Source: Eledone cirrhosa
Taxonomy: Eukaryota
Length of the DNA: 64,000 nt
Reading direction: 5' to 3'
Assembly (NCBI GenBank): GCA_964016885.1
Contig: OZ024746.1
Span: forward strand, 45,260,001 to 45,324,000
Every line of letters starts with the position of its first letter. The stretch's first letter is position 1. The translations under genes and the position numbers were made by a program. Under the pieces are notes generated by a model that ran no database searches, was not told where the DNA came from, and was given only the letters and a program-made list of their open reading frames with translations. This document shows, piece by piece, positions 39,291-53,457 of the stretch.

Positions 39291-42200
39291 TTGGAGTAAA
39301 TATTTCCTCTATATCTCTTTCTCACTTCCTTTCTGTCACTCTCTCTCTTTCTCTGAAGGAAATCTGCTGTACTCAGGCCTGGAGCATGATGGGCTATGCC
39401 AGGTTTTAAGAAATGCTCTAGAAACGCCGTATGTCACTACGGCGCCCCAACGACTCCCTCGGGAGTTACGGACCAATGCATGCATAACATTAATAAGAGA
39501 GGAAACAAATACTGAGGCGGTAGTTATATAAGGTTGGACAGTGTTAACACAGGTATAGCTAAGTGTTTAAGATGTTCACGTACTAAACATATGTTTCTAG
39601 GATTTATACATATTGCATGACAGCTTAAACAAATATATTTCACTGTAGTCACAGGTAGATCTACGCACAGTATATAATATCGGTATTCAAATACTTTGGA
39701 AGCCTCTTGATACATTGTACCTTTAATTCAAATGTCTAATTGAGTCAGATATTGTGCTACACTGAATCGGTTTTAAGATATGTTTTTGTAGTCACTTACA
39801 CGTCAATGTAACGAGTAGATAGTTCATTTGTTTGAATAACTGGATGTTCATCGTTGAAAAGGATAGGGCAAAGACTTGTTTTGTCAAGCTACACCTTATC
39901 AAATACCGAGCCATGAATAGACATTGTGCATCAGCTAGAACTTATAGTTGATAGTGGTAGTAGTAAAATTATTACAATGATTTTCCATCCAATATTGAAA
40001 GTTGAAGCTAATTTAGATGTTTGCTGCAATAATCATTTGTTGATGTTATTTTACTGCTACAAGTACAGTATCATTAATGAACAGGTGTATTTTATGATGG
40101 CTGTTTGAATTAGAGACGATGCTGGTGGGGGTGGGGGTGATAATCAAGATGAAGATGATGAGAATTATGATGGCATTAATGGTAGTGGTGGTGTGAGGGG
40201 TAGCACCGGCAGCGGCGGTAGTGGTGCTGGTAGTCATGATGGCAGCGATGATGATGATAATGATCATTATCAGTATGATGGAGTTTTCGTTATCAAGCTA
40301 ATCATAATTATCGAATTTATACATAATAATCATATACTACACAAAGACTAAGCCTGAAAGGTATATTATTCTGTATTATCGTTTAATCATCTTGGTATTA
40401 TAATGTAATGTTTTGTCTCTCGTCTTGATAATTGTAGTAGTCAAAATCATTGTTTTGTAATCTAGTCCAAATTTTCAATCGTAAAAGAAGATAGTGGGAA
40501 GAATAATAGGCATGTGATGTTGTTATAGCTGAGCCCCAAGGTCGGCTTCTATTGAACAGATCGGTGATTACAGGCATTTCAACCAAATCCATCCGTATTT
40601 TCTTCAGTCTGTGTACCTCTGACTACATTATGCAAGAACTCCATTATTCCAGCGACGAGGGATATCAGTGACATTTGACAGCTATTTCGAACAAATCGTG
40701 CGACCACTTTACAAAGTATTTCGTTTGCTCCTGTATAAGCGAATAACTGTTGCAGGGATGATAAATTGAATTGGATATAAACGATATTTCTAGTTGCTTT
40801 CTTCTATGGAATACTTCAACTGAAATATTTCTTTTTGGTGGATAATGTTGACAACATCATCTTTTTACTTGTTTTAGAGGGTGTGCATATTGGTTGTTAG
40901 CAGCAGGTGTGCAAAAACGAGAAGGGTTATCTACGTTTGTTAGATGGAACTAAGGAGAATGATGGTGCAAACGCCAATTTGTTTTATAATCGTGGTAGTA
41001 AACAATAATTGAAAACTTTTTGTTCTGAAGAGCTGGAAAGACAGTGAAAATCAGCAGATCCCCAATTTCCAAAGTACTATCGGTCTTAACATCGGATGTG
41101 GTGCAGAATATCAGCTCCTATCCAAACCTAGAAACCAGCAACCACAACCATCGTCCATTGATAGTACCAACCAACAGCACAACTGTGTCATCTTCTGAGA
41201 AGGAGGAACAAAGAACGGGGTGCCAAGAAAAACTAATCACTTGTAAACAAATAAAGACATTCGAGAAAAATTCACCAAAAGAAAGGAAAGTTGAGCCCGT
41301 CTCCTACTAGAAAGGCCGCTTCTCCACACTGATCTACGTTTTTGAGATCAAAGTGCTAAAGCAGTAGCTGAAGAATGTTTGTTTCACTCGTGAAATAGAC
41401 GTGATTGGTTCAGACAAGGTGGAGCATGGTATGAATAAAGTGTTCCGTGACGATATAAACTCTACGTGCGAAATCAATCTACAGAATTGCTTACACACCA
41501 TTTTAGACTTAGTATAAAACCTGTCTTCTTCCCATCTAGAGAACCCCTTGTGCATTCTTTAGGACCTAATAGGCACACGCAAATAAAGGAAGGCCTGGAT
41601 GAAGGTCATGCAAATGATGCGGCGAACAAAGAGCGAATTGTGAACATAAGTTTATTTATATATCCTTGTGTGATTCTTGTATTATTTTCTCTAATTTTAA
41701 CATTATTCTATGTAAATCTTTGTATGTTCTTTTCATAAATGTTTAAACTTGCCCACATCTATTGTATAACGTCTTTCAATCCTATTCTCGTTTTTATAAC
41801 TTGTTTGACCCATCCCACACGTCTTTGTAAATCAATTTTATCGTTCCCTGATTTGTATGAATACATGATGGTTTTATGACATTGCCTTTAATAACTAACA
41901 AAAGAAATGATTAATATTTCTATTACTTGCAGACTCGTTAAAGCGGTGGTTAGAATGTCTGGTGCTCACAATAGCTTTAGTGAAACAAACTTGGTTTAAA
42001 TATATGCGTCCTGAATAAGTGTTGAAATCAATTCATCTATATAAAGTGTTTTCCTCGTTTAATATCTTTATATAAACATAGGAAGTATGATGTGATAAGG
42101 GAAAATAAAATGCAAGCTTTCAGGTTATATATGTAGATATATTAATGACGTAAAGGAAACGAAAGAGTTACGGCAAAGTATTGAAACTAGTTTATAGATA

Positions 42201-45200
42201 CAACACAATGTGCGCTTACAGTTTATTGAAATATGCTCTCCATTTTCAGAATGAAATCTTACAAAACATTGATTAGAGTTCAAACATTACGTTCTTCAGA
42301 ATAAATAAAATATCTCAGCTTTCTGTTGTTATCTCTAGAAGTTGAGTTCTATTTAACGTTTTATACAGATTAGAAATGGTTTGTATTTTCCATATGGATT
42401 TATGTAAATATGTTTAAACATTCATGAATGATAACAGTTTTTTCTTTTGTTTTCATTTAAAAATTGTATTTTTTATGTTACTAGTTTCATTGCGAGTTGA
42501 TATTCGTTTCGTTTTGTTTTATTTTAGTTACGAATTAATCGAAGAAATTATTTAAAAACTGCTCACAGTAGAAGAATATGTTTTTCATATTAACAAAGGC
42601 GGGAGTCTGATTATATGTATTCTCAAAAACATACACACATAAACAGAGAAACACGCAAACACATGAACAAACACAATGGTACACTTTATATTCGAATATA
42701 CAAATGCGAGCGTGTGTAAATGGAAATGCTACGTACTGTTTTCACGAACAAAATACAAACAATATCTGTCTCGACTGATGCAACCGTCCCTCTTGTCATC
42801 GCACGTTTATCTTTAGAAATACAACCCTCTATAACCCCATTCTATTCATGTTTCTTATCCTAAAAGCACCAATTAGCAGATGTTCAAGCTGAACAACAAC
42901 TGGTCTGACAGATTTATTTTTGTTTGTTCATTTAGGATATGTATATAATAAAATGAATTAGACTTTTTGTTGTGATTCTATACCATTTCTCTCAAATATC
43001 AGTAAAAATGTCTGAAATGCGGCTTAACAGTGGAGATAAAAATGAAAGAAAAACATTTGTGCTATCCGTTCAGGTAGAAAACAACATCAGTGAACGCATT
43101 TAACAAACGCGTAAAGCCTGTTAAATATTATCAAAGCATATATTGATGTTAATCTCTTCAAACACATACAACTTAATTATTATGCACGTCGCAATATAAC
43201 CGTCTAAAGCAAGACAAAAGATGGACATCATAAATTTTCGAATGTAATAATGGATATTGAATAAAAATTAATCGAATAACGATAGCTGAACACGGTATCA
43301 TTAAATGAAAAATTCTAAGGGAATAAGAAAGCGATAAAACTATATTGCAGACGATATATCAATAGAATGTGGCGTGGCCACAATAATCGTGTTTTAAGGA
43401 CTAGGTATTACGGTAACAACGCTAGTGATATCAATTAATATAAAGAATAAACAATGAATATTTAAAGAACAAAATAGCTGTGACAACGGAAATTATTATA
43501 GGAAACCGTTGATTTTAAATAAGGTTAATGCAAGTTCAAAATAGGAAACTAACACAATGTATTATAATGTACAACTTTAAAGAAGATAGTTATTGATACT
43601 CACCGGAATTAACACAAATATTAAAACTGACATAAAAATAGCTGTTATAAATCAATTAATTCATCTCAGCGATTATTGAAAACGATTTCTTTGGAATCAA
43701 TAAAATCACAATTCAAAGAAATCGAATGTAGTATAAAATGTTAGAAAAACATACAGACTAACAGCAACATAAATGTCAAAACAATATGTTGTCCCTCCCC
43801 AGTTCGCTACATTCGTATCCAGTCACAGATGGACATCGGATAGGTTTAAAGAAGGAAATGTGATGTTATTCAGTAACACGCGGCGTAAAGAGATATTTGA
43901 AAAGAAAAAAATATAGAAACATAAAATCAGTTGGGGAGAAATATTACAGAGTAAACCACTGAAAAACCATGTCCTACCTAACAAAATAATCTAAGGCAGA
44001 AAACTAGAATTTTCTAGAGGTCAGGTGAGTTAGAAAAGCTCATATCTCTGAATAATTAAATATATTTGAGACTAAATGTATCATATACGTAACAATCATT
44101 CATAAATATCACAACACTGGTAGCAGTGCAAACTAATATATACAGCAGAATTCTGAATAAAATACCAATATGCTTTACAGAACGTCAGCTTCTCTGTGAG
44201 AGCTCAATCTGCTAATAACAGCAGCCAAATTTCCTGTAACTCTCAACCTATTGTCTCAACCAAGCTAATATGTAAATCTACGTTGAGAAGCACAGTATCA
44301 GATAAGCAATGCCTAAATAAATCGCGGGACCGTCCGTCGTGGCTGAAACGCGATTTAGCATATTGTTTCCTTAAACAAGATGATTAACCAGGAAATAATC
44401 AAAAGAAAATAACAGCCTAAATTTTTTGAAAAATCATAAATATCACAACACCAATAGGTTTCAAAAAGAGGTCATAACAGTAATAATATTTGTCCTGTTT
44501 TTGTACAATGATACTGATTTCATTAGAAAATATATTTATTTGAATGAGCACTAATGCATGTTTGTTTCGTAATTGATTTTTTTTTTAAATAGAATTTAGA
44601 AAAGTGAGGTCCCCTGCCGATCCCTGTTGGTTTCAAAATGTTGTGGGACAAAGCTAAACACTGCATTCATTAAAGAAACGGCATAATACCGTTACTAGTA
44701 TTCCAACTGTCAGACAATACAGATGACACATAATAGCAGAATATACATTATTAACTTTGTTTTACAGTGCTTTCTATTATAAAAACATCATTATGTCTAC
44801 TTTACATAAAAACAGGTTGCTAAGTCAGTAAACACGAAGGAAGCGACTAACAATGAATTTCTATGTCATCGCTTGATATTCTAGAAGTCTGTTCTGATCT
44901 GGGAATAAACAACAAAAACATCAAACATGAAATCAAACATTTACTACTGGTAACGCCTTACAAGCACAGGATTACAGATTAGATGGCAGTGAGAAAATGT
45001 ATTCAATAATGAGAAATTGAGAAAATGATAAATAATTTTACTGTAAATTCAATGTTAAATTTCAAAGCATTACATAAAAAGACCACCACAAAAATGTGTA
45101 CACTAAATAAAGCAAAACAAATCTATTACAATCGTCTACCATAATAATACACCATGTCTGTTTGTAAATTTATCTCTATTTATAACGCGTTAAAATTTAC

Positions 45201-45899
45201 AAACATAAACACAATACATTTCTTATCACAGTAATATTGTTATATTAAGAGGTTCGTTTACCAATCATAAGGTACTAGATTCTAAACTTAAATTTCACTC
45301 TGCAAATAGCTATTTCTCCAAAATTGCTCATACATTTAACCTTGTATGTCACTTGTACATATATGCTGAATATTTATGTAATAACATCCAAGAAGGAAAT
45401 TATTGGAATATCATTCTTATTTTTATCATTCCTGCGTGTCAGTACACAAAACGAACTATAAGGTTTCACTAATGCAAACCAGGAATTTATCAAGACACAG
45501 ATTTCCTTCTTTGTACGATTGTTCATAAATTTGAAAATCCTGTTTTAAAATACTTAGCTGTTTTCGGAAACAGTAATGTTTTTAATGCTTTGTTTGTTTG
45601 GGCATTCATAAAACAAGAGTATTAACAAAGACAGCAGTAATAGCATGGAGCTTTGCTCAGTCAGATTAGCAGAAATTGCTTCCCGCAGGTTTGTTCTAGG
45701 CGTTCGTAAATTCCAGTTGGAGACACTACAAATTTATGATGACTATTTCACGGAGTAGCCTCTTTGCTTAAGCGAAGGTTTTCTTCAATAAATAGCAGAG
45801 AAAATTAAAGCAAAAATCTTTTGCATGCTACCTAAACATAAATCCATGCAACCACTAAGAGACGAATAACATTAAAACATCTAAGTATCCAGAATCAAA

Positions 45900-46856
45900 G
45901 AACACTCGAAATAAAATATCTTCGCTCAGTCTCAACGAGTCCAGCGATATGAAAACCCACGGTGGTTCTTTAAACTGAATTACCAGTTAAATTCCAATCT
46001 ACACTGCGGAAATTGATGGACAGGTAAGGAATCGCCCTGCATAAATTACTTCAAGACGACGATTACAGATTTTTGAACAATGATCATGACCATATCAATA
46101 AAACATTAGCCAAAATGCTGCTTGAACTAATTGGAAGGCACCAAGGCATGAAAGTTTTGGTTGTAATATTTAACGAGGAATATGCTAGCAAAAATGGTTA
46201 ATAAATTACTGTTCGGGCATCAGACAAAACAAAGCTTCTTAATCCCCAAGTACAACGAATCAAAAACCTTGAAAACTACAGGAAAATACCCCGCAACTTA
46301 AGCCTTACAAAATCTTAACTGCAGTTATATCGCAAAGAATTCAACTACACAGGAAACAACTTGTTCGAGAAATCCGGACGCTACAAATTTGAAAGTTACT
46401 AAGTTTTGGTAAATATATTTAACAAGGTGCTTAAGATAATGTTTAGTAAGATACTGACAACGATTATGACAACACTTCAGAAGCTGATAATCTTCATGAC
46501 TAAAATATGGCGAAATTTAAAAGCTGATGACTCATAATCTACCTTCCATCAGTTTACAAAGCCATATATGCAATATCATCGTTAAGAACATATAAACACA
46601 ACACGTTTCCAGACGAGAAACGGAACGCTGCAAAGGCAAGCCACATATGACTGACTACTGAGCAGAGAGATACCTTACGGCTGTACAAGGTGTGTCAGAA
46701 TGGCATGAATTTATAGAAGTGGTTTGGCAGGATCCCTGCACTGGCATTTAAGAAACATTAGCAATGCATAACTTAACTAGAGTAATAAGCAGATACAGTA
46801 AACATGATTAACTGCTCTAACGCAGAAAAAATCCGAACTTAGCAATACTGGATTTC
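45900..46856 (+). mobile_element. Highly degenerate R4/Dong-like RT region
   Basis: Broken motifs resembling PI..LPS.YK, FPDE, YGC., MI, NLS..WI. Boundaries are approximate. Confidence 0.4.
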
Positions 46857-47274
46857 ATGTGGGTGAATGTATGTGGATGGATGTATGCAATGTGTATATG
46901 CGTGTGTATTTATGTGTACTTTTATATATACATGTACAAATGTATGTAAGTACATATCTATGTAACCTACATATGTATGAATGTATTATGTATGTATGTA
47001 TTATATATGTATGTATGCATGCAGCATGTGTGATTCAGAAAAAGTTTTGATATAATCATGTAAACATGATATCGGAAGTGACAGGAAAAACACTTCTAAT
47101 TTAAAAAGGAAAATGTAAACTATTTAACGAAATGCACACACACACACATATATATATATAATGTAGCAATCCATACACATACATATAAAAAGAAAACATA
47201 TTGAATGTATAAATACCACATATAATTCACAAACACATTCATACACACACTTGCTCATATATGCATACTCATGT

Positions 47275-47301
47275 ATAAATATATATATATATATATATAT
47301 A

Positions 47302-47378
<77 letters not shown>

Positions 47379-47460
47379 CAGTGTATTGATATATACATAT
47401 ATGGTGAGTGAGTATGTGTGTGTGTATGTATGTGTGTGTGTGTATGTATGTGTGTTCGCG
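47275..47460. repeat. (TA)n/(TG)n tract
   Basis: Direct reading. Confidence 0.95.
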
Positions 47461-47615
47461 CGTTTGTGAATATATATTTATCGTAATTCTGTATATGAAT
47501 ATGTACACTGAGTATAAAGATATGTACGCATGCCAGATTCACGTATTTCCGTTCATCAGCGTATGTGTACATCAGACAATCCTAGTGAAATACACAAATG
47601 ACAGTTTATATAGAA

Positions 47616-48520
47616 CTAGCAGTGGTACCCGGCGTTGCACGGGATAAGGTATTTTGGAAAGCGGGCCGCCAACAGACCTAATCGTGGAAAAACTACCTGC
47701 CTGGACAATATGTAAAGAAAATAAACCGAATACTCTGATGGCTGGATAATCTTTAAGATTTTCCCCGATGAAGCAGGAAAAATGCAGGTTTTCACCTAAT
47801 GTGGGCCCTACGATAGCAAGAAAATGAATTTTTTTTATGTGCATAATATGCTTTGAAATTTCGGGAAAATCGGCTAGACGTAACGCCTTTCTAAAAGCCC
47901 TAAACAGCTGAAAAAATGAAGTTTTTCACCTAATGCGGGCCCTAGACCATAAAAAAGTTGGATGTTCTTTGCTCAGGGTATGAAGAAGAGAAAGACTAAT
48001 ACATAGTTACGATTTCAAGGAAATCGGTCTGACGTAATGCCTCAAAAGGAGGTAAAAATGTTGATTTTTTTTATAAGCATAACACTCCATGAAACATAAG
48101 TAATATACATGTAAAGTTTGAAAAAAATCGGTTGGTTATTTCTCGAGTTTTAGGGATTCAAACTCACAGACACACACACACACATACACAACACACACAC
48201 ACACACTCAGACAGACATCCTCAGGGAAGTGACGTAATGCAGACAGCCAGACATACAGACAGATATTATAAGGGCGCAACGTTATATGTATGTATCTATC
48301 TAAAAAGAGAAAGACTAAGAATTATAGAGAGAGATCGCTAAATCGCCTAATGCGGTCCCTATGGCATTTAAAATTTGAAATTTATTTTGCTCAGAACACT
48401 CCCTGAAACATAAGTAATACATGTGTAAAGTTTGAAAACAATCGGTTCGGTGGTTCTCGAGTTTTAGGGATTCAAACTCACTCACACACAGACAGACATC
48501 CTCAGTTTTATATATATAGA
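47616..48520 (-). mobile_element. Non-autonomous Helitron-like element A
   Basis: On minus: 5' TCTATATATATAAAAC...(TGTC)n; 3' CCCG-tgcaacgc-CGGG hairpin then CTAG|T. Internal duplication 48080-48170/48400-48490. Confidence 0.85.
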
Positions 48521-49306
48521 CTAGCAGAATGCCCCGGTGTTGCTCGGGATTTGCTCTAGGGTTCTTATATATTTGATATATATTTATCCTTATCGAGCCT
48601 CATGAAATAAATATGTTTGTTTATATTTTGTTATTGTGTATGCAAAAATAGCCGTCCATGAATATATAATTATATATATATATATATTAAAATAACAGAT
48701 TAAAGTTTAAGCAAAGAATCACTGCTTTCACCCTTAACGGGATATTCTACCTAAAAGCAGTATGAAGTACACTAAGACTAACTGATGTAATATTTGGCCT
48801 TGTTTGTTTATATTTTGTTTTTGTGTATGCAAAAATATCTGTACACGAATATCTATATTAAAATATGATATTAATGTTTAAGCAAAGAATCGCTGCTTTC
48901 AACCTTAACGGGATCTTCTTAAACTAAAAAAATCAATCTGGAAATCAGGAAGACGATACTTTCGTTCGTGAAGACGTTCCCTGGCATAAAAATATATACA
49001 CACACACACTGATCGCGTCATAATGACGTAATGCAGACAGTCAGGCATACAGACAGATATTATGAAGGCGCGACGTCATATTTATGTATATATCTAAAAA
49101 GAGAAAGACTAAGAGAAAGAGAAAGAGATAGCTAAATCGCCTAATGCGGTCCCTAGGAAATTGAAAATTTGAATTTTTATTTGCTCCGAACACTTTCGGG
49201 GCCATACGAGTTACATGTGTAAAGTTTGAAAAAAAACGGGTGGGTACTTCTCGAGTTTTAGGGAAACAGACACACAGACAGACATCCTCTGTTTTATATA
49301 TACAGA
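48521..49306 (-). mobile_element. Non-autonomous Helitron-like element B
   Basis: On minus: A|TCTGTATATATAAAAC 5' end; CCCG-agcaacac-CGGG hairpin then CTAG. Shares its 5' ~290 bp with A. Internal direct repeat ~48615-48745/48821-48915. Confidence 0.85.
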
Positions 49307-49570
49307 TTTTTAATAATATTTAAATAACTGGCGGTTAGAAAACAATATTCCTATGAAATGTTAATCATACCATTAGGTGTGAATAAGGAAATATTTTTTT
49401 ATTGTCAAAACAAATGTTTAAAAGTTAAACTTCAATTTTTTGAATTATTTCCAATTTTTTCATGAAATTGAACACTGGACATTGGCTGCTGGAAATGGAA
49501 ATTAAATCGTATTTAATTGTATTTAAATGTCTAACCTTATTTTATTATTTATATTTTTTCAATAAGAAAT

Positions 49571-49902
49571 ACACAGAAATGTATATATGTTTCTGTAGCA
49601 CTCCTCAATTCCCCCCTCTCTCCCTCCCGCTATCCCCCTCTTGTAGTCTGTCTCTTTCTTTCACTCTCACTCTCTCTCTACGCGTGCGCAAAAAACATTC
49701 GCACGCGCGCACGTGTTTTACCGTCTATTCACTCTCTCTCTCTCCCTCTCTCCCTCCCGCTATCCACCTCTCGTAGTCTGTCTCTTTCTTTCACTCTCAC
49801 TCTCTCTCTCTACGCGTGCGCAAAAAACATTCGCACGCGCGCACGTGTTTCCACTGTCGGACAGACAGACAGAGAAATTGCTGGTTATATATTATAAGGA
49901 GA
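49571..49902 (-). mobile_element. Helitron-like element C (5' portion, near-copy of the start of D)
   Basis: TCTCCTTATAATATATAACC 5' end; matches 51686-52027 apart from a few substitutions. Confidence 0.8.
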
Positions 49903-50429
49903 CTAGCACAAAACCACCCGGTGGGTGGTTTTCTGCTAGCAAATCTAGTGTATATACTGATATTGTTGAGATTTGGATGAGAAATTGAACAAATCAAACG
50001 TATTAATCAAATTCCACAGCTCCAGACTGAGGTTATGGAACTGCGCAATCTGATTAATAAATTACCTCATCAGCAGAAACCTTCTTCAAATGGTCCTTAT
50101 TATCAGCAGCAACAACCACAAATTCAATGGCAACCTTCTTCAACCTCAAATTCAATGGCAACCTTCTTCAAATGGTCCTTGGCATGGTGTCAGGTCAGAA
50201 CCGCCTCGTACTGGTTACTTCTAGCTCGTGCAAGGTGTCTCTATAACAACCAGCGATTCCCTCGGCCTCAGTGACCAAAGTTAGTGGAGAGGGGAAGGTA
50301 ATGTTTCTATAGCGACAGTGTTTCTCTTGGTAGTACCAAAGTGAAGAAAGGAAGGGGAAGGTAATATTTCTGTAGCACCTACATTTGAATTTTAGGGACG
50401 GACAGACAGACAGACAAACAGAGAAATGC

Positions 50430-50440
50430 CCATATATTTC

Positions 50441-50499
<59 letters not shown>

Positions 50500-50525
50500 C
50501 ACACACAGAAATGTATATATATTTC

Positions 50526-50558
<33 letters not shown>

Positions 50559-50584
50559 TACACACACAGAAATGTATATATATT

Positions 50585-50643
<59 letters not shown>

Positions 50644-50745
50644 CACACACAGAAATGTATATATATTTCTGTGTGTATATATATATATTTCTGTGTGTCT
50701 ATATATATATATATTACACACACAGAAATGTATATATATTTCTTA
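50430..50745. repeat. Palindromic minisatellite (ATTTCTGTGTGTG-(TA)n-TTACACACACAGAAATG), array 1
   Basis: About 4-5 units with variable TA loops. Confidence 0.9.
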
Positions 50746-50861
50746 GAACAAAATTATTATTAATGTTTTCCTGTTCATAACAATTGGAATTGAAAAATTA
50801 CTTTTGAAATTATTAGTTATTTTACTAATGCTTAGATATGTAAAAATGAAGCAATGTTTCT

Positions 50862-51054
50862 AATAATTGTTTCTACTTTTAGCACAAGGCCAGCTATTAC
50901 CCAGTACATTACTGGTACTTTATTTTATCGACCCCGTGAGGATGAAAGGCAAAGTTAACCTCGGCGGTATTTGAACTCAGACCGTAAAGGGACGTAACTC
51001 CATGCTATGAAGCATGGTGTCCGACTCTCTACAGATTCTGCCAATCTACCGCCC
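50862..51054 (-). mobile_element. SINE family A, full length, inside element D
   Basis: All modules present. Confidence 0.9.
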
Positions 51055-51304
51055 TAATGTCTGTACGTAATGAGGGAGTGAGAGGGGAGAGAAAGAAAGG
51101 CAGAGGTGAAGTGACGAAGTGACTCTCCCCTCCTCCTCCTCCTCCTCCTCCATCTCCCCATTTGTCACAGCGATAGAGGGGAGGAATATTAGTGAGTTAC
51201 AAAGAGAAAGAGTGAGAGTGATAGAAACAGACAGACTAAAAGAGAGGGATAGCTGGAGAGAGAGAGAGAGAGATAGCAACAGATACAGTACAGTAGCTAA
51301 GGGA

Positions 51305-51405
51305 TGTATATATATTTCTGTGTGTGTATATATATATATACATTTCTGTGTGCGTAATATATATATATATACAAACAGAAATATATATACATTTCTGTGT
51401 GTGTA

Positions 51406-51436
<31 letters not shown>

Positions 51437-51456
51437 AATATATATATATTTCTGTT

Positions 51457-51505
<49 letters not shown>

Positions 51506-51705
51506 CACACACAGAAATGTATATATATTTCTGCGTGTATATATATATATATATATTACACTCACAGAAATGTATATATATTTCTGTGTGTATATATATA
51601 TATATTACACACACAGAAATGTATATATATTTCTGTGTGTATATATATTTCTGTGTGTGTATATATATATATATATTACACACACACAGAAATGTATATA
51701 TGTTT
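51305..51705. repeat. Palindromic minisatellite, array 2
   Basis: Same unit; polarity switches near 51440. Confidence 0.9.
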
Positions 51706-52896
51706 CTGTAGCACTCCTCAATTCCCCCCTCTCTCCCTCCCGCTATCCCCCTCTTGTAGTCTGTCTCTTTCTTTCACTCTCACTCTCTCTCTACGCGTGC
51801 GCAAAAAACATTCGCACGCGCGCACGTGTTTTAGCGTCTATTCACTCTCTCTCTCTCTCTCCCTCTCTCCCTCCCGCTATCCCCCTCTCGTAGTCTGTCT
51901 CTTTCTTTCACTCTCACTCTCTCTCTCTACGCGTGCGCAAAAAGCATTCTCACGCGCGCACGTGTTTCCACTATCGGACAGACAGACAGACAGACAGAGA
52001 AATTGCTGGTTATATATTATAAGGAGATTGTCACAGAAGGACGTATTAATTTCCATAATTTTATTTCTTATACTGATAGATCATTTTAATATATAATGAA
52101 TTGTGCCCTAAGCAACCGAAATATACATTAAATATATAACTATACTATATATAACTATATAACTATACTATATATAAATATATTTGGGAGGGTAATGCTG
52201 GCAATAAAAACACATGCACTAATTGAGGGGCACTTCACTTTATTATTAGTTTACTAAGGAAATCTTTCACCGTTTCATTTAATAAATTATTGATTGTTTA
52301 ATTGTTAATTGTCAAAGCTCTTTCGCCATACATCCTGTGACCTTCTGAATGACTATTCTTACGCCTCTCTGTCTCCTCTTTGTTCTGATTTTTTTCTATC
52401 CACTCCACTTGAGAGACACATACAATTTAAATCGATACGGCGTAAACATAGGGGTAATTATACATATTTGTCATAAAGACGTGTACACCCGTTGTGTTTC
52501 TCTGTAAACTGATAAAAATGATTAATATTTATAATCGATCTTCAACCATAATTTAGGTCCCCACCAAACATTACTCTTCGGTTACACTCTGTACTTTATA
52601 TGTACAAATAAAAATTGAACGTAAACTTCGATAGCTTAGTGCCAAATATATAAAATCATAGACGGTATCCCGAAAGGGTCAGGAAATAATCACAATTAAA
52701 TTAGGTACTCGTTAGTAGAGAAAGCGTATATTTATTTCATACAGAAATGAATTCTACGGGACTAAAACTGATTCATTCTTATATAATAATTCTTATATAA
52801 TCACACAGAATGTGTGACGAAAGAGCTTTGACAATATATAGACAACCGTCCGGTTATTGAACCAACCAGCCAGCCAGAAATCTATCTATCTATATA

Positions 52897-53457
<561 letters not shown>

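Larger units (their letters stand above)
49903..52027 (-). mobile_element. Non-autonomous Helitron-like element D
   Basis: A|TCTCCTTATAAT 5' end at 52027; ACCACCC-acc-GGGTGGT hairpin and CTAG ending at 49903. Contains minisatellites and a SINE. Confidence 0.75.

Noticed and set aside
41044-41738. Cluster of 70-90 aa ORFs
   Set aside because: No recognisable motif; probably a decayed repeat.
50195-52096. Many overlapping 100-190 aa ORFs ([12 protein letters not shown])
   Set aside because: Translations of a stop-poor TA/CA minisatellite.
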